DNA from: an uncultured Nitrososphaerota archaeon
GTDB lineage: Archaea; Thermoproteota; Nitrososphaeria; Nitrososphaerales; CADDZS01
Assembly (NCBI GenBank): GCA_963799845.1
Contig: CAWCYI010000007.1
Coordinates: 128,001 to 192,000 of the forward strand
Direction of reading: 5' to 3'
DNA: 64,000 nt
Shown: positions 39,589 to 49,392 of the stretch, one piece after another
Layout of the letters: every line of letters begins with the position of its first letter
Position numbering within the stretch: the first letter of the stretch is position 1
Made by a program: the position numbers and the translations under genes
The notes under the pieces: model-generated
Database searches by the model: none
What the model saw: only the letters and a program-made list of their open reading frames with translations
Told to the model about the DNA's origin: nothing

Positions 39589-40362
39589 ATGTCAACTACA
39601 ACAATAACGACAACGAAGAAAGTTCTCAACAAGTTTGAACGAAATGCGGAAATCGATGAGTTTTTGGAAAAATCTTTGACCGAAGCTGGTTATGGTGGTG
39701 TTGACATCACGACTTCCCCGGTGGGAACGAGAATCACCCTTTTCGTACAGAGACCTGGCCTAGTTATCGGGCGGAGAGGTATGGGGATTCGTGATTTAAC
39801 TGAAAAACTGGAGAAAAAGTTCGGTCTTCCGAATCCTCAGATATCAGTGGTCGAAGAGGAAGTCCCAGAGCTCAATCCTAGAATAATGTGTTCTCGCATA
39901 GCGCAGACTGTTGTGCGTGGGACTGCGTTTAGGCGGGCTGCTTTATGGGCGATGAATTCAATGATGAACGCCGGCGCCCTGGGAGTTGAAATTACTATTT
40001 CCGGCAAGTTGAGGAGTGAGCGAGCTCACTTTGAAAAGTATGTGTCAGGAGTAGTGCCGAAAAGCGGCGAGACCGCTGACAGGATCGTCCGCAGAGCGAC
40101 AACAGATGTTCTTCTTAAAATGGGATTGTACGGTGTGAAAGTGAATATTGCGATAAAGAACTCGATTGCTCCGGATGTTGAATTAATAGAGCCCACTGTG
40201 TCACCAATCGCTTCGGAATCGACTTCCGAGGAAAAACCAGCCGACCAGACGGCTCAGCAGGAGCAACTTCAGCAAAAGGAAGGTTCGGCCCCCAAATCCT
40301 CTCGACGAAGTTCGACGAGCAAGAAGGAGTCAAAGAAAGGAAATGAAACGCCTCAAAACTGA
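39589..40362 (+). CDS. rps3: 30S ribosomal protein uS3
   Basis: AGYGG, RPGLVIGRRG, GVEITISGKL, G.YGVKV. Confidence 0.97.
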   Translation: MSTTTITTTKKVLNKFERNAEIDEFLEKSLTEAGYGGVDITTSPVGTRITLFVQRPGLVIGRRGMGIRDLTEKLEKKFGLPNPQISVVEEEVPELNPRIMCSRIAQTVVRGTAFRRAALWAMNSMMNAGALGVEITISGKLRSERAHFEKYVSGVVPKSGETADRIVRRATTDVLLKMGLYGVKVNIAIKNSIAPDVELIEPTVSPIASESTSEEKPADQTAQQEQLQQKEGSAPKSSRRSSTSKKESKKGNETPQN

Positions 40363-40597
40363 AGAGTTATCCAAACTATCAGATTCAGATCTGGTAAAAC
40401 GTCTTAATGATTTGAGATCTGAGCTCTCCAGACTAAGGTCCAGTGCGGCCCGCGGTACTCTGAAGAAGGAGCTAGGAGAAATTAAGACTGTACGTAGAAA
40501 CATTGCCAGGATTCTCACCGCGATGAACGCTAAGAAGTCGGCTCTCAAGATTGTGACTACTAAGAGAGCCACTCCTACAGTGGCGGAGAAAAGCTAG
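40343..40597 (+). CDS. rpl29: 50S ribosomal protein uL29
   Basis: L..LR.EL..LR, I..VRRNIARILT. Confidence 0.93.
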   Translation: MKRLKTEELSKLSDSDLVKRLNDLRSELSRLRSSAARGTLKKELGEIKTVRRNIARILTAMNAKKSALKIVTTKRATPTVAEKS

Positions 40598-40621
40598 TTC
40601 CGAAAATCTAGGTGAATTGAT

Positions 40622-40870
40622 TTGTATTCAGGAATGCTAATCGGAAGGGAAATAGAAGTGTTGGCTTCTCGAGACAAGACTATGCTAAAGTTGAGAGGTC
40701 TGGTTGTTAACGAGACGAAGAACTTGCTAGTTGTGATGACTCCGGAAGAGAGACAAGTGAATATCCCAAAGTCGATCGTGACTATCGGTATCTCGTCCAA
40801 GAATTCTGAAAAGCTGATAATCGAAGGCTCAAAGTTGGTCGGAACTCCGGCTGATAGGATAAAGGGTTAG
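40622..40870 (+). CDS. rnp1: Ribonuclease P protein component 1 (Rpp29/Pop4)
   Basis: LIG..I.V, G.VV.ET.N.L, IPK, G..L.G.P.DRIK; canonical operon position. Confidence 0.88.
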   Translation: MYSGMLIGREIEVLASRDKTMLKLRGLVVNETKNLLVVMTPEERQVNIPKSIVTIGISSKNSEKLIIEGSKLVGTPADRIKG

Positions 40871-40879
40871 AGCAATAAA

Positions 40880-41239
40880 ATGTCAGAAGCAAGGAGCATT
40901 GGTCTCGCTGTGAAGCCGCCGGCCAGGCCGTGCGAAGATCCGAACTGTCCATTCCACGGTACTCTGCGAATCAGGGGGAAGCTCTTGACCGGAAAAGTTG
41001 TTAGCGTCTCAGCGAAGAACATGGCTGTGGTTCAGAGAGAGTCAACTCAGTTTAACAAAAAGTACCTGCGATATTTGAAAAAGAGACACAAGCTTCACGC
41101 ACATCTTTCTCCCTGCCTTGATCTCAAACCCGGCGACACGGCGACAGTTGCGGAGTGTAGGCCCGTCTCTAAGACAGTTTCGTTTGTCGTCGTAGATCGC
41201 ATTAGTGCGGGAACTTCAACTTCGGCGGGCGCAAAGTAG
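40880..41239 (+). CDS. rps17: 30S ribosomal protein uS17
   Basis: C.DPNCPFHG, AECRP.SKT.SF. Confidence 0.96.
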   Translation: MSEARSIGLAVKPPARPCEDPNCPFHGTLRIRGKLLTGKVVSVSAKNMAVVQRESTQFNKKYLRYLKKRHKLHAHLSPCLDLKPGDTATVAECRPVSKTVSFVVVDRISAGTSTSAGAK

Positions 41240-41255
41240 GGAGACCTGATTTAGA

Positions 41256-41690
41256 TTGTCGACGAAATCAAGAGCAGTCTCAGCGAAGGGCGTTTCCGAA
41301 TTCAAACTGTACATTACAAGATCAATCCCGAATAATGCGATTATCACTTGTGCGGATAACACTGGAGCGAAGACTCTGCGCGTAGTAAACGTGACCCGCT
41401 ATCACGGTAGATGGGGCCGGATTCCATCGGCGTCAGTCGGAGACCACATTACGGTTGTTGTAAAGCGCGGCCCTCCTGAGCTTAGAAAACAAACATTCGG
41501 AGCTGTGATCATTCGACAAAAGTATCCGGTGAGGAGGGTCAGTGGCCAGCGGATCATGTTTGAGGACAATGCAGCGGTGATAATTACTCCTGAGGGAGAT
41601 CTGAAAGGAACCGACATCAAAGGTCCGGTCGCCGCCGAGGCCGCAGAGAGATGGCCGAGAATCGCTAACCTTGCAACAATGATTGTTTAA
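41256..41690 (+). CDS. rpl14: 50S ribosomal protein uL14
   Basis: CADNTGAK, FEDNAAV, GT.IKGPVA. Confidence 0.97.
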   Translation: MSTKSRAVSAKGVSEFKLYITRSIPNNAIITCADNTGAKTLRVVNVTRYHGRWGRIPSASVGDHITVVVKRGPPELRKQTFGAVIIRQKYPVRRVSGQRIMFEDNAAVIITPEGDLKGTDIKGPVAAEAAERWPRIANLATMIV

Positions 41691-41704
41691 GAACGGGATT
41701 TGGA

Positions 41705-42076
41705 TTGAAAATTTCAGAAAAGTCGTCAAAGCCCGAAAAAGTAAGAAAGGCAACGGCCAACAGCCCGATCCGGGAAAAAGGATTGAAATTTGGGAGAGCT
41801 TCGCTTTCTTCCGATCTTAAAACGAAATACACGACCAACTCTGTTCGTGTCAGACCGGGTGATAATGTGAAACTTGTTAGGGGAGAGTATGCGGGTGTTG
41901 AAGGAAAAATTCAGAAGGTCTTTCCCCAAGAGGGCAGAATTACCGTGGAGGGGGTTACACGAGAAAAGATAGCAGGTGGAACAACACCGCTTAGAATCCA
42001 TACTTCGAACGTTGTTGTTACTGGATTGAATTTAGAAGACAAGCTCCGAAGACAGAAGCTGGAAGGAACTTCCTGA
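41705..42076 (+). CDS. rpl24: 50S ribosomal protein uL24
   Basis: S.KP.K.RK, LS..LK.KY, VR.GD.V...RG, IH.SNV. Confidence 0.95.
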   Translation: MKISEKSSKPEKVRKATANSPIREKGLKFGRASLSSDLKTKYTTNSVRVRPGDNVKLVRGEYAGVEGKIQKVFPQEGRITVEGVTREKIAGGTTPLRIHTSNVVVTGLNLEDKLRRQKLEGTS

Positions 42077-42098
42077 TTTTTATTGGAGGACGATTCAA

Positions 42099-42836
42099 AT
42101 GGCAAAAAAGAGTGGTAGTCTGAAAGCGAAAAGGTCTGCAACACCAGCTTTCTGGCAAATCTCCAGAAAAGACAAGAGGTTTGTTGTTAGGACTTCACCG
42201 GGACCTCATCCCAAGAGCTACAGTTATCCTTTGCTTGTCGTTTTGAGAGACGTCTTGCGTCTTGCGAGAACGCGCAGAGAAGCTCTTTCTGTTTTGAATG
42301 CAGGAAGGATCAACGTCGACGGAAGAGTTGTCAAAGCAGAAGCTTTCCCAATCGGTCTCATGGATGTAATTGATCTTCCGGATGTCGGGAGGTCGTTCAG
42401 GATGGTACCACATTACGGAAGGCTAGTCCCAGTCGAGATTAGTGCGAAAGAGAAAGAGCTGAAACTCTGCATAGTGAAATCAAAGAAATCCGTCAGTGCG
42501 ACGAAAACCAGCTATGGTTTGCATGACGGACGCGTGATCTTCCCAGAAGCCGAAGTCGACATAAAGCCAGGTGATTCGTGCATAATTAAGGTTCCAAAAC
42601 AGGAATTTCAGGGAAGCTTTAGATTGGCGAAAGGGGGTCTTGCTCTCTTGATCAAAGGCGAAAGATCGGGCGAGGTTGCAGCGATAGAGGACGTGAAACT
42701 TGGGACCTATTCGAGAGGCTCTATCGCAACGGTGAGATTTGCCGATGGGACATCGTCGGAGCTTCCCGCGTCTGTCCTTCTCCCATTAGGAAAGCAAATT
42801 CCTGAGATTACACTTACAAAATCGTCGGCATCATGA
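42099..42836 (+). CDS. rps4e: 30S ribosomal protein eS4
   Basis: PGPH, PL.V.LRD.L, FPIGLMDVI, LHDGR. Confidence 0.96.
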   Translation: MAKKSGSLKAKRSATPAFWQISRKDKRFVVRTSPGPHPKSYSYPLLVVLRDVLRLARTRREALSVLNAGRINVDGRVVKAEAFPIGLMDVIDLPDVGRSFRMVPHYGRLVPVEISAKEKELKLCIVKSKKSVSATKTSYGLHDGRVIFPEAEVDIKPGDSCIIKVPKQEFQGSFRLAKGGLALLIKGERSGEVAAIEDVKLGTYSRGSIATVRFADGTSSELPASVLLPLGKQIPEITLTKSSAS

Positions 42837-42857
42837 ATTAGGACAATTTGATTTTCA

Positions 42858-43400
42858 ATGAGTACGACAACAATCCAAGAACAGGATTCAAAAGATCTCG
42901 ACGCCCGGAGCGTAAGAATCGGAAAGGTCGTTATCAATATCGGTGTGGGCCGGTCTGGAGAGGCAATAGAGCGTGCAAGACGCGTAATCGAAGATCTAGT
43001 TCATCAAAAAGCGAGCTCCAGGAAGGCAAAGAAATCGATCAGAGATTTCGGAGTCCACAAGGGTGAGCCGATAGGAATGATGGTAACGATCCGTGGAAAG
43101 AGGGCTCCAGAAGTTTTGAAACTGTTGCTGCAGGGCAGAGAAAACAGAATTCCGTCCTCTGCATTTGATGATTTCGGAAACTGTTCGTTTGGAATAAAGG
43201 AGCACATCGAGATCCCGGGAGTACGTTACAGTCCAGACATTGGGATTTTCGGCATGAATGTTTCGGCAGTCTTGGAGAGAGCAGGCTACCGGGTTGCCAG
43301 GCGAAACAGGTCCCCGGGCAAAGTCGGGAAAAAGCATCGTGTTGGAAGAGAAGAAGCTCTCGAATATTTCAAAAGAAATTTCGGGGTTGAGGTTGTCTAG
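42858..43400 (+). CDS. rpl5: 50S ribosomal protein uL5
   Basis: KVVINIGVG.SG, G.PIG..VT.RG, FD.FGN.SFGI.EHI. Confidence 0.97.
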   Translation: MSTTTIQEQDSKDLDARSVRIGKVVINIGVGRSGEAIERARRVIEDLVHQKASSRKAKKSIRDFGVHKGEPIGMMVTIRGKRAPEVLKLLLQGRENRIPSSAFDDFGNCSFGIKEHIEIPGVRYSPDIGIFGMNVSAVLERAGYRVARRNRSPGKVGKKHRVGREEALEYFKRNFGVEVV

Positions 43401-43565
43401 TTGCCTAAAGAACGACATGGAAAACCGCGCAAGTTTGGTAAGGGTTCTAGGTACTGCAGACGATGCGGTCAATATGGTGCTTTGATCCAAAAATATGATT
43501 TGATGTTATGCCGACAATGTTTCAGGGAAGTTGCCCCGAAGTTGGGTTTCAAGAAATTCGAGTAA
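43401..43565 (+). CDS. rps14: 30S ribosomal protein uS14 (Zn-binding; 54 aa, below the ORF-track cutoff)
   Basis: TTG start; [54 protein letters not shown]. Confidence 0.95.
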   Translation: MPKERHGKPRKFGKGSRYCRRCGQYGALIQKYDLMLCRQCFREVAPKLGFKKFE

Positions 43566-43584
43566 AATGAAAGGGAATTAAGAA

Positions 43585-43977
43585 TTGCCAGCAAATAATG
43601 TCTTAGGAAATCTCTTTGCAACGATATACAACAATGAGATCAGAAACAAGAAGGAATGTCTTGCGATACCAGCCTCAAAACTTGCGACTGCTGTTTTACG
43701 ATCAATGTCCAAAAACAAGTACATCGGTGAGTTCGAGCTAATTGATGATGGTATCGCGGGTAAGTTCAAGATCCAGCTCTTGGGAAGGATCAATCGTTGC
43801 GGAGTCATTTCTCCGAGATACAGTGTAAGCAAGTCAGGATACACTCGCTGGGAAAGACAATTTCTTCCAGCTTTCGGGGTAGGAATTCTGATCGTGTCTA
43901 CTCCGGCTGGAGTAATGTCGCACACCGAAGCACAAGAAAAAGGATTGGGCGGGAGATTGGTTGGTTATGTCTACTAA
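43585..43977 (+). CDS. rps8: 30S ribosomal protein uS8
   Basis: YIGEFELIDDG..G, GRINRCGVISPR, STP.GVMSH.EA, GGRL.GYVY. Confidence 0.97.
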   Translation: MPANNVLGNLFATIYNNEIRNKKECLAIPASKLATAVLRSMSKNKYIGEFELIDDGIAGKFKIQLLGRINRCGVISPRYSVSKSGYTRWERQFLPAFGVGILIVSTPAGVMSHTEAQEKGLGGRLVGYVY

Positions 43978-44539
43978 GAGCGAAGAAAAGTTAGTCTCTA
44001 AGAAATCTCAAAACCTCGACTTATCAGTCGAGCTTCCGGCGGGAGTTAGTGCCAAATATGCTGAAGGTCAGATCACGATCGTGGGCCCTCTCGGCAAAGT
44101 ATCACAAGATTTCTCAAAAATCCCTCTAGATCTTGAGATCAAAGGGAATGAAGTCAATATTCTTACTCATGGGGCGAGACGGAAAAACAGGTCAATACTC
44201 AATACCGCGAAGTCTCTTGTCCACAATGCTGTAGAGGGAGTAACAAAAGGGTATGAGTACAAGCTAAAGGTAATTTATGCACACTTTCCGGTCACTGTCA
44301 AAGTTCAGGGGAAGAGGATTCTCGTGGAGAATTTTTACGGTGAAAGATCTCCTCGCATTGCTCAAATTATTGGTGATACGAAGGCCGAAGTTCAAGGTGA
44401 GGATATTATTTTACAGGGTGTATCGATTCAGGATGTTGGTCAAACGGCCGCAAATTTAGAGCAGGCGACGACCGTGAGACGAAAGGATCAGAGAGTTTTC
44501 TTAGACGGAGTTTATGTCTATGAGCGAATTAGAAAGTAG
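43967..44539 (+). CDS. rpl6: 50S ribosomal protein uL6
   Basis: GP.G, EGVTKG, YAHFP, NFYGE..PR, D.RVF.DG.YVY. Confidence 0.96.
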   Translation: MSTKSEEKLVSKKSQNLDLSVELPAGVSAKYAEGQITIVGPLGKVSQDFSKIPLDLEIKGNEVNILTHGARRKNRSILNTAKSLVHNAVEGVTKGYEYKLKVIYAHFPVTVKVQGKRILVENFYGERSPRIAQIIGDTKAEVQGEDIILQGVSIQDVGQTAANLEQATTVRRKDQRVFLDGVYVYERIRK

Positions 44540-45035
44540 AAAGAGAAATTCAACGCGTCTCGGCAATAGGCGAGATCTTGAAAAGATGCTTGAAGTTAGG
44601 CGTAAGATTAAGGAAAGAACTCCTTATTTTAGGAGATTTGAATCGTGGCGTTACGCTAGAATCGACTATCCTTGGAGGAAGCCAAAGGGAGTAGACAATC
44701 ATCAACGACTTTCGGTTAAGGGATGGCCTCACCTCGTTAAGATTGGATATCGGGTTCCGAAGGAAGTTCGATACCTACATCCATCTGGATATCGTGATAT
44801 TTTGATTCACAACGTGAAAGAACTCGAAGCCTTGTTGCCAGACACGGATGCAGCTAGATTTGCGGCGGGAGTGGGGAAGAGGAAACGTATCGAACTCGCA
44901 ACTCGTGCTAAAGAACTCGGCATTAGAGTCCTAAACGGCCGAAACCTTCTATCCGGACGAAAGTCGGAAGATGAAGATGAAACGGAGAAGAAGGATGAAT
45001 CTAAGGACAAAAAGAAGTCAAAGAGGAAGAAGTAA
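44514..45035 (+). CDS. rpl32e: 50S ribosomal protein eL32
   Basis: P.F.R.E..R, WRKPKG.DN, R.LHPSG. Confidence 0.95.
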   Translation: MSMSELESRKRNSTRLGNRRDLEKMLEVRRKIKERTPYFRRFESWRYARIDYPWRKPKGVDNHQRLSVKGWPHLVKIGYRVPKEVRYLHPSGYRDILIHNVKELEALLPDTDAARFAAGVGKRKRIELATRAKELGIRVLNGRNLLSGRKSEDEDETEKKDESKDKKKSKRKK

Positions 45036-45049
45036 GGCGAGTTTAGTTT

Positions 45050-45493
45050 TTGGCAGACTTAAGTAGCAAGAAGCGACTAGTCTCGGAGCTTCTGGGTGTT
45101 GGCAAATCTCGTGTAAGACTCGATCCCGATGTTACCGATCAATTGCAAGATTCTATCACGAGAGAAAGTATTCGAGGATGGCTATCGGCAGGAGTAATCT
45201 GGGTAGAGCCGAAGAAAGGGAATTCACGTGGACGGTTCCGCACTCGTCGGTTAAAAAGAAAGAAACGGGGACTTGGGCAGGGATCGAAAAAAGGAGCCCA
45301 GGGTGCGAGAGTCGGGAAAAAGAGCCTTTGGGTAGCAAGAGTTAGAATGCTTCGGCGAATATTGAAAACAAAAAGGGATAGAGGGGAAATCACAAATCAT
45401 GATTTCAAATCTCTTTACCTTCAAGTAAAAGGCGCACAAATTAGGACGAGAAAGAGATTGGATGAAGAGTTAGCGAAGGTTCAGAGAAGGTAG
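45050..45493 (+). CDS. rpl19e: 50S ribosomal protein eL19
   Basis: KRL...L.VG..RV.LDP, G.SR.R, G.GS.KG...AR. Confidence 0.96.
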   Translation: MADLSSKKRLVSELLGVGKSRVRLDPDVTDQLQDSITRESIRGWLSAGVIWVEPKKGNSRGRFRTRRLKRKKRGLGQGSKKGAQGARVGKKSLWVARVRMLRRILKTKRDRGEITNHDFKSLYLQVKGAQIRTRKRLDEELAKVQRR

Positions 45494-45498
45494 AGAAA

Positions 45499-46092
45499 AT
45501 GCCTGCAAACCATTACGTTCACATTTTCCGAAGAAGAAGAGAGGGAAAGACGGATTACAGAAAGAGGAAGGGAATAATTTTGGGTAAATCACCCTTCGTT
45601 TCTATCCACATATCGGGGAGATATATCTATTCTCAGATCCTGAGACCAACTCCGAGTGGTGACACGACTTTAGCGGCCGCATCATCTCGTGATCTTGTGA
45701 GAAAATTTGGCTGGAAAGGATCTACGAAGAATTTGCCTGGAGCATATCTTACCGGTTACTATTTGGGACATCTTGCCGGAGAACGAAATGTGAAAAATGC
45801 CATAGTATATTCGGGGGTTGGGAGATTTGTCCATGGGTCTCGAATCGCGTCGGTAATAAATGGTGCGAGGGATGCGGGTCTCGAAATAGAAGTCGACGAA
45901 GAGATACTCCCGGTGGAATCGCGCCTGACGGGTAAACATATCGCGGACTATGCTAAGAAACTCGAGAAAGATGACAAGGTCAAGCTCGATAAGTTGTTCT
46001 CCAAAGCCCGATCTTCGGGATTGAATCTGTCTGAATACCCTTCGCATTTTGAAAGCGTCAAAGCAAAGATTGCGAATGGAGAAATCAATTAA
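45499..46092 (+). CDS. rpl18: 50S ribosomal protein uL18
   Basis: RRRREGKTDY, N.P.AYLTG, G.RDAGL. Confidence 0.96.
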   Translation: MPANHYVHIFRRRREGKTDYRKRKGIILGKSPFVSIHISGRYIYSQILRPTPSGDTTLAAASSRDLVRKFGWKGSTKNLPGAYLTGYYLGHLAGERNVKNAIVYSGVGRFVHGSRIASVINGARDAGLEIEVDEEILPVESRLTGKHIADYAKKLEKDDKVKLDKLFSKARSSGLNLSEYPSHFESVKAKIANGEIN

Positions 46093-46109
46093 CAAAAAAG
46101 AAGGTTAGA

Positions 46110-46805
46110 ATGATGGCACAAGATTCAGGTAATGCGGCTCAAGTTGAAAGCCCATCCGCTCCTCGACCACCGCCGCAGAGGGAAGAAAGAAGGCGTGAAA
46201 GAGAGCAAGCTCCGTGGGTTCCAAAGACAAGGCTTGGTGAGCTGGTCGCGACAGGGAAAATAACTTCTCTTGAAGAAATTTTCGAATCGGGTCAGAGGAT
46301 AAAAGAGTCCGAGATTGTAAAGAAGCTGCTGCCTGATATAAAGTCAAATGTGGTTAGTGTCGGAATCGTCCAAAAGCAGACTGATGCGGGGGAAATCACA
46401 AAGTTCGCGGCAGTGGTTGCAGTTGGTAACGAAGCCGGATGGTTTGGAGTCGGTAGAGGTAAAGCGGTCCAAATGAGGAGTGCGATCGACAAAGCTACTA
46501 GCGATGCCTATCTCAATATCATTCCTGTTAAACTTGGATGCGGAAGTTGGGAGTGCCGAGATGGGCGACCTCATTCAGTACCTTACAGGATTACTGGTAA
46601 AGGCGGAAGCGTTCGCGTCGAAATTATTCCTGCGCCAAGGGGTCTAGGTCTTGTTGCGGGAGAAACGGTACGAAATCTGCTGGCTCTTGCAGGGGTAAAA
46701 GACGCTTGGACCCGAACTTATGGTTCAACCAATACGATGTCGTCGATTGCGAATGCTGTGTATGATGCCCTTAAGAGAATCCACGGCATAAGCGTAATCA
46801 GGTAG
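46110..46805 (+). CDS. rps5: 30S ribosomal protein uS5
   Basis: WVPKTRLG, QKQTDAG, GCGSWEC, PAPRG.GLVAG. Confidence 0.97.
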   Translation: MMAQDSGNAAQVESPSAPRPPPQREERRREREQAPWVPKTRLGELVATGKITSLEEIFESGQRIKESEIVKKLLPDIKSNVVSVGIVQKQTDAGEITKFAAVVAVGNEAGWFGVGRGKAVQMRSAIDKATSDAYLNIIPVKLGCGSWECRDGRPHSVPYRITGKGGSVRVEIIPAPRGLGLVAGETVRNLLALAGVKDAWTRTYGSTNTMSSIANAVYDALKRIHGISVIR

Positions 46806-46811
46806 ATTGCG

Positions 46812-47321
46812 ATGAGTTCAAGTAAAGCTGCGATGTCGACATCCTCGGAAAATGCTCAGATGGGAAGCCTTCTCGTTGTCAATTTGCGCGGTTTAGTTAA
46901 TACGAGAGCACCGGTCAGGACGACTCTCGATCAACTAAGGGTTGGAAGGAGATTTAATGCGACGATTGTCCCCGATGATAACGTCCATCGTGGCATGCTA
47001 AATCTTGCAAAGGAACATGTTGCCTGGTGCAAGTTGGACGCTGAAATTGCAGAGAAGCTCCTTAAGGCAAGATCTGAGAAATCCACTGGAACAAGAGTCT
47101 CTGAGGCTGAGCTAGGCAAAGATCACTCCTCTTTTGGCGAGATTGCGAAAGGGTTAGAAAACGGGAGCTTAAAATTGAAGTCAATTGCAGAAATAAGACC
47201 GTTCTTCCGGTTGAGCCCCCCAAGAGGGGGTTTCAAGCGATCGATTCGGCGGCAGTATAGGGATGGAGGTATCTTAGGTCCTAATGAAGACCTCCCGAAA
47301 ATCGTCGAAAAAATGCTGTGA
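46812..47321 (+). CDS. rpl30: 50S ribosomal protein uL30
   Basis: VV.LRG, TL..LR, GML, FRL.PPRGG. Confidence 0.94.
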   Translation: MSSSKAAMSTSSENAQMGSLLVVNLRGLVNTRAPVRTTLDQLRVGRRFNATIVPDDNVHRGMLNLAKEHVAWCKLDAEIAEKLLKARSEKSTGTRVSEAELGKDHSSFGEIAKGLENGSLKLKSIAEIRPFFRLSPPRGGFKRSIRRQYRDGGILGPNEDLPKIVEKML

Positions 47322-47345
47322 AAACCAAAAAAGTGAAATGCGCAA

Positions 47346-47819
47346 ATGGCATCGAGACTTAGAAAAGTTAGGAGATTGAGAGGCTCGCGAACGCACGGCT
47401 GGGGGCAGGTAACTCAGCATCGTAGAACGGGTGCGAAAGGAGGTTCGGGCATGGCGGGACTTCATAAGCACAAGTGGAGTTACACTGTCAAATATATGCC
47501 AGACCATTTCGGATCGAACAAGTGGCATCCTCCTAATCAAGTCGAGATCAATCGATGGCTGAACCTTTACCAGCTTGAGAACCTCGCCTCAAATGGAAAT
47601 GAAATAGATCTGGTGGCACTTGGGTTTGACAAACTTCTCGGGCAGGGCTCAGTTCATTCGGCTTTGAAAGTTAAAGCTCGAAGAGCTTCTTCCTCAGCAA
47701 TAGAAAAAATCAAAGCGGCAGGAGGAAGCATAGATGTCCTTGAGGTCGTCGAGGTGAAGGAGAAGGCTCCTCCCGAGAAGAAAGGGAAAGACACCAGTAA
47801 AAAGGGCGTTCAGAAATAA
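47346..47819 (+). CDS. rpl15: 50S ribosomal protein uL15
   Basis: RGSRTHGWG....HR..G..GG.G.AG..KH, KLLG.G, A.EKI..AGG. Confidence 0.96.
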   Translation: MASRLRKVRRLRGSRTHGWGQVTQHRRTGAKGGSGMAGLHKHKWSYTVKYMPDHFGSNKWHPPNQVEINRWLNLYQLENLASNGNEIDLVALGFDKLLGQGSVHSALKVKARRASSSAIEKIKAAGGSIDVLEVVEVKEKAPPEKKGKDTSKKGVQK

Positions 47820-47906
47820 TATATCGATCTGTTTCTAGACTTTGGGTGTAATATCGCAAACCCAGAGTGTTATTAGCAAGATCAATAAAATCGGTGGCAG
47901 AATAGA

Positions 47907-49385
47907 ATGGGAGCAGTCAAGAATTTTGTAAAGGGCGCAGCGACTGTACTCCCCGAAATAAGAAAACCGGTGCGAAAGCCCTCACTCAATGAGAAGCTGA
48001 TGTGGACCGGTATAGCGCTGGTCATTTACATGGTAATGGCGGTCACTCCGCTTACCGGCGTACCAATCGGAGCTTCAAGTCAAACTTCTTACTCCAGCAT
48101 AATTTTTGCATCTCAACAGGGAACTTTGATGACGCTAGGAATCGGTCCGATCGTAACTGCTGGTCTGATTCTTCAGCTTTTAGCAGGGTCCGAAATAATC
48201 AAAGTTGATTTTCAGAATCCTGACGACAGAGCAATTTTCACCTCAGCGACGAAACTTTTGACGATGATCGTCATCGTAGTCGAAGCCTCAGCCTATTTGA
48301 TCGGGGGACTTTTTGGGTCAATACATCCAGATGCGGCTATTGCGATCTTCTTCGAGCTTTTTGTTGCTTCGGTTATAGTCATGTTGCTTGATGAGCTGAT
48401 TCAGAAAGGTTGGGGAATTGGCAGTGGAGTGAGCCTGTTCATTCTAGCAGGCGTGGCCCAGAGGGCAATGTGGGACATATTCTCTCCAATTGTCGTCCCC
48501 ATAACTCAGGCTTCGAGTACGGCTCCAGCAGTGACTCAGTTTTATGGAGTAGTTCCAGCGACGATCGCAGCAATATTTCAAGGCAATCTTGCTTCAATGT
48601 TCTTCAGAGAGAATGCGCCGCAATTTCCCTCGATTTTCGGTCTAATTCTGACAATTACCGCGATTCTGATAATTGTTTACGTTGAGGGAATGAGAATCGA
48701 GATTCCAATCACCTCGACGAAGTACAGAGGATTTGCGGGGGTTTATCCAATCAAATTGCTTTACGTTTCCAACATCCCAGTGATTCTGTTTTCTGCGCTG
48801 ACCTCAAACATCCAGTTCTTCGCTTCCTACTTGTGGAAAGCTTACGATCCTACAAACACGAATCCGTATTTCAACTGGTTTGCGCAATTCAATCAGACTC
48901 AGATCGCCGCGTCTACGGGTGCTTCACCGCTCTCGTATCAACCGCTGCCTGGAAATTTAATCTACTATATGACGTCCCCTAATTCGATATTCGTCCCACA
49001 TCCAGATTATCTGAGGGCATTGACTTACGTTTGCTTCGCAGTAATATTTTCAGTAATGTTCGCTCGAATATGGGTTGAAATTGGTGGACTCTCGCCAAAA
49101 GCTGCTGCTAAGAACCTGATTGGAGCCGATGTAATGGTACCAGGTTTCAGAAGAAGCGGGACTTCCGTCGAAGCGATTCTCTCGAAATATATTCCTATTA
49201 TCACAATAGTAGGAGGAATTTTCATCGGGTTGCTTGCTTCCCTTTCCAACATTCTTGGAGTTTATGGGACAGGAGTCGGCTTATTACTAATGGTGGACAT
49301 AATTATTCAGTACTACCAGATGCTGGTTAAGGAACAGCTCGAGTCTATGATGCCGAGGCTTGGTGCGTTGCTTGGGCGAACCTAG
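47907..49385 (+). CDS. secY: Preprotein translocase SecY
   Basis: GTLM.LGI.PIVTA, GWGIGSG.SLFI, YPIKLLY.SNIP, PGFR, G.GTG..LLL.V. Confidence 0.97.
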   Translation: MGAVKNFVKGAATVLPEIRKPVRKPSLNEKLMWTGIALVIYMVMAVTPLTGVPIGASSQTSYSSIIFASQQGTLMTLGIGPIVTAGLILQLLAGSEIIKVDFQNPDDRAIFTSATKLLTMIVIVVEASAYLIGGLFGSIHPDAAIAIFFELFVASVIVMLLDELIQKGWGIGSGVSLFILAGVAQRAMWDIFSPIVVPITQASSTAPAVTQFYGVVPATIAAIFQGNLASMFFRENAPQFPSIFGLILTITAILIIVYVEGMRIEIPITSTKYRGFAGVYPIKLLYVSNIPVILFSALTSNIQFFASYLWKAYDPTNTNPYFNWFAQFNQTQIAASTGASPLSYQPLPGNLIYYMTSPNSIFVPHPDYLRALTYVCFAVIFSVMFARIWVEIGGLSPKAAAKNLIGADVMVPGFRRSGTSVEAILSKYIPIITIVGGIFIGLLASLSNILGVYGTGVGLLLMVDIIIQYYQMLVKEQLESMMPRLGALLGRT

Positions 49386-49392
49386 CAATTCC

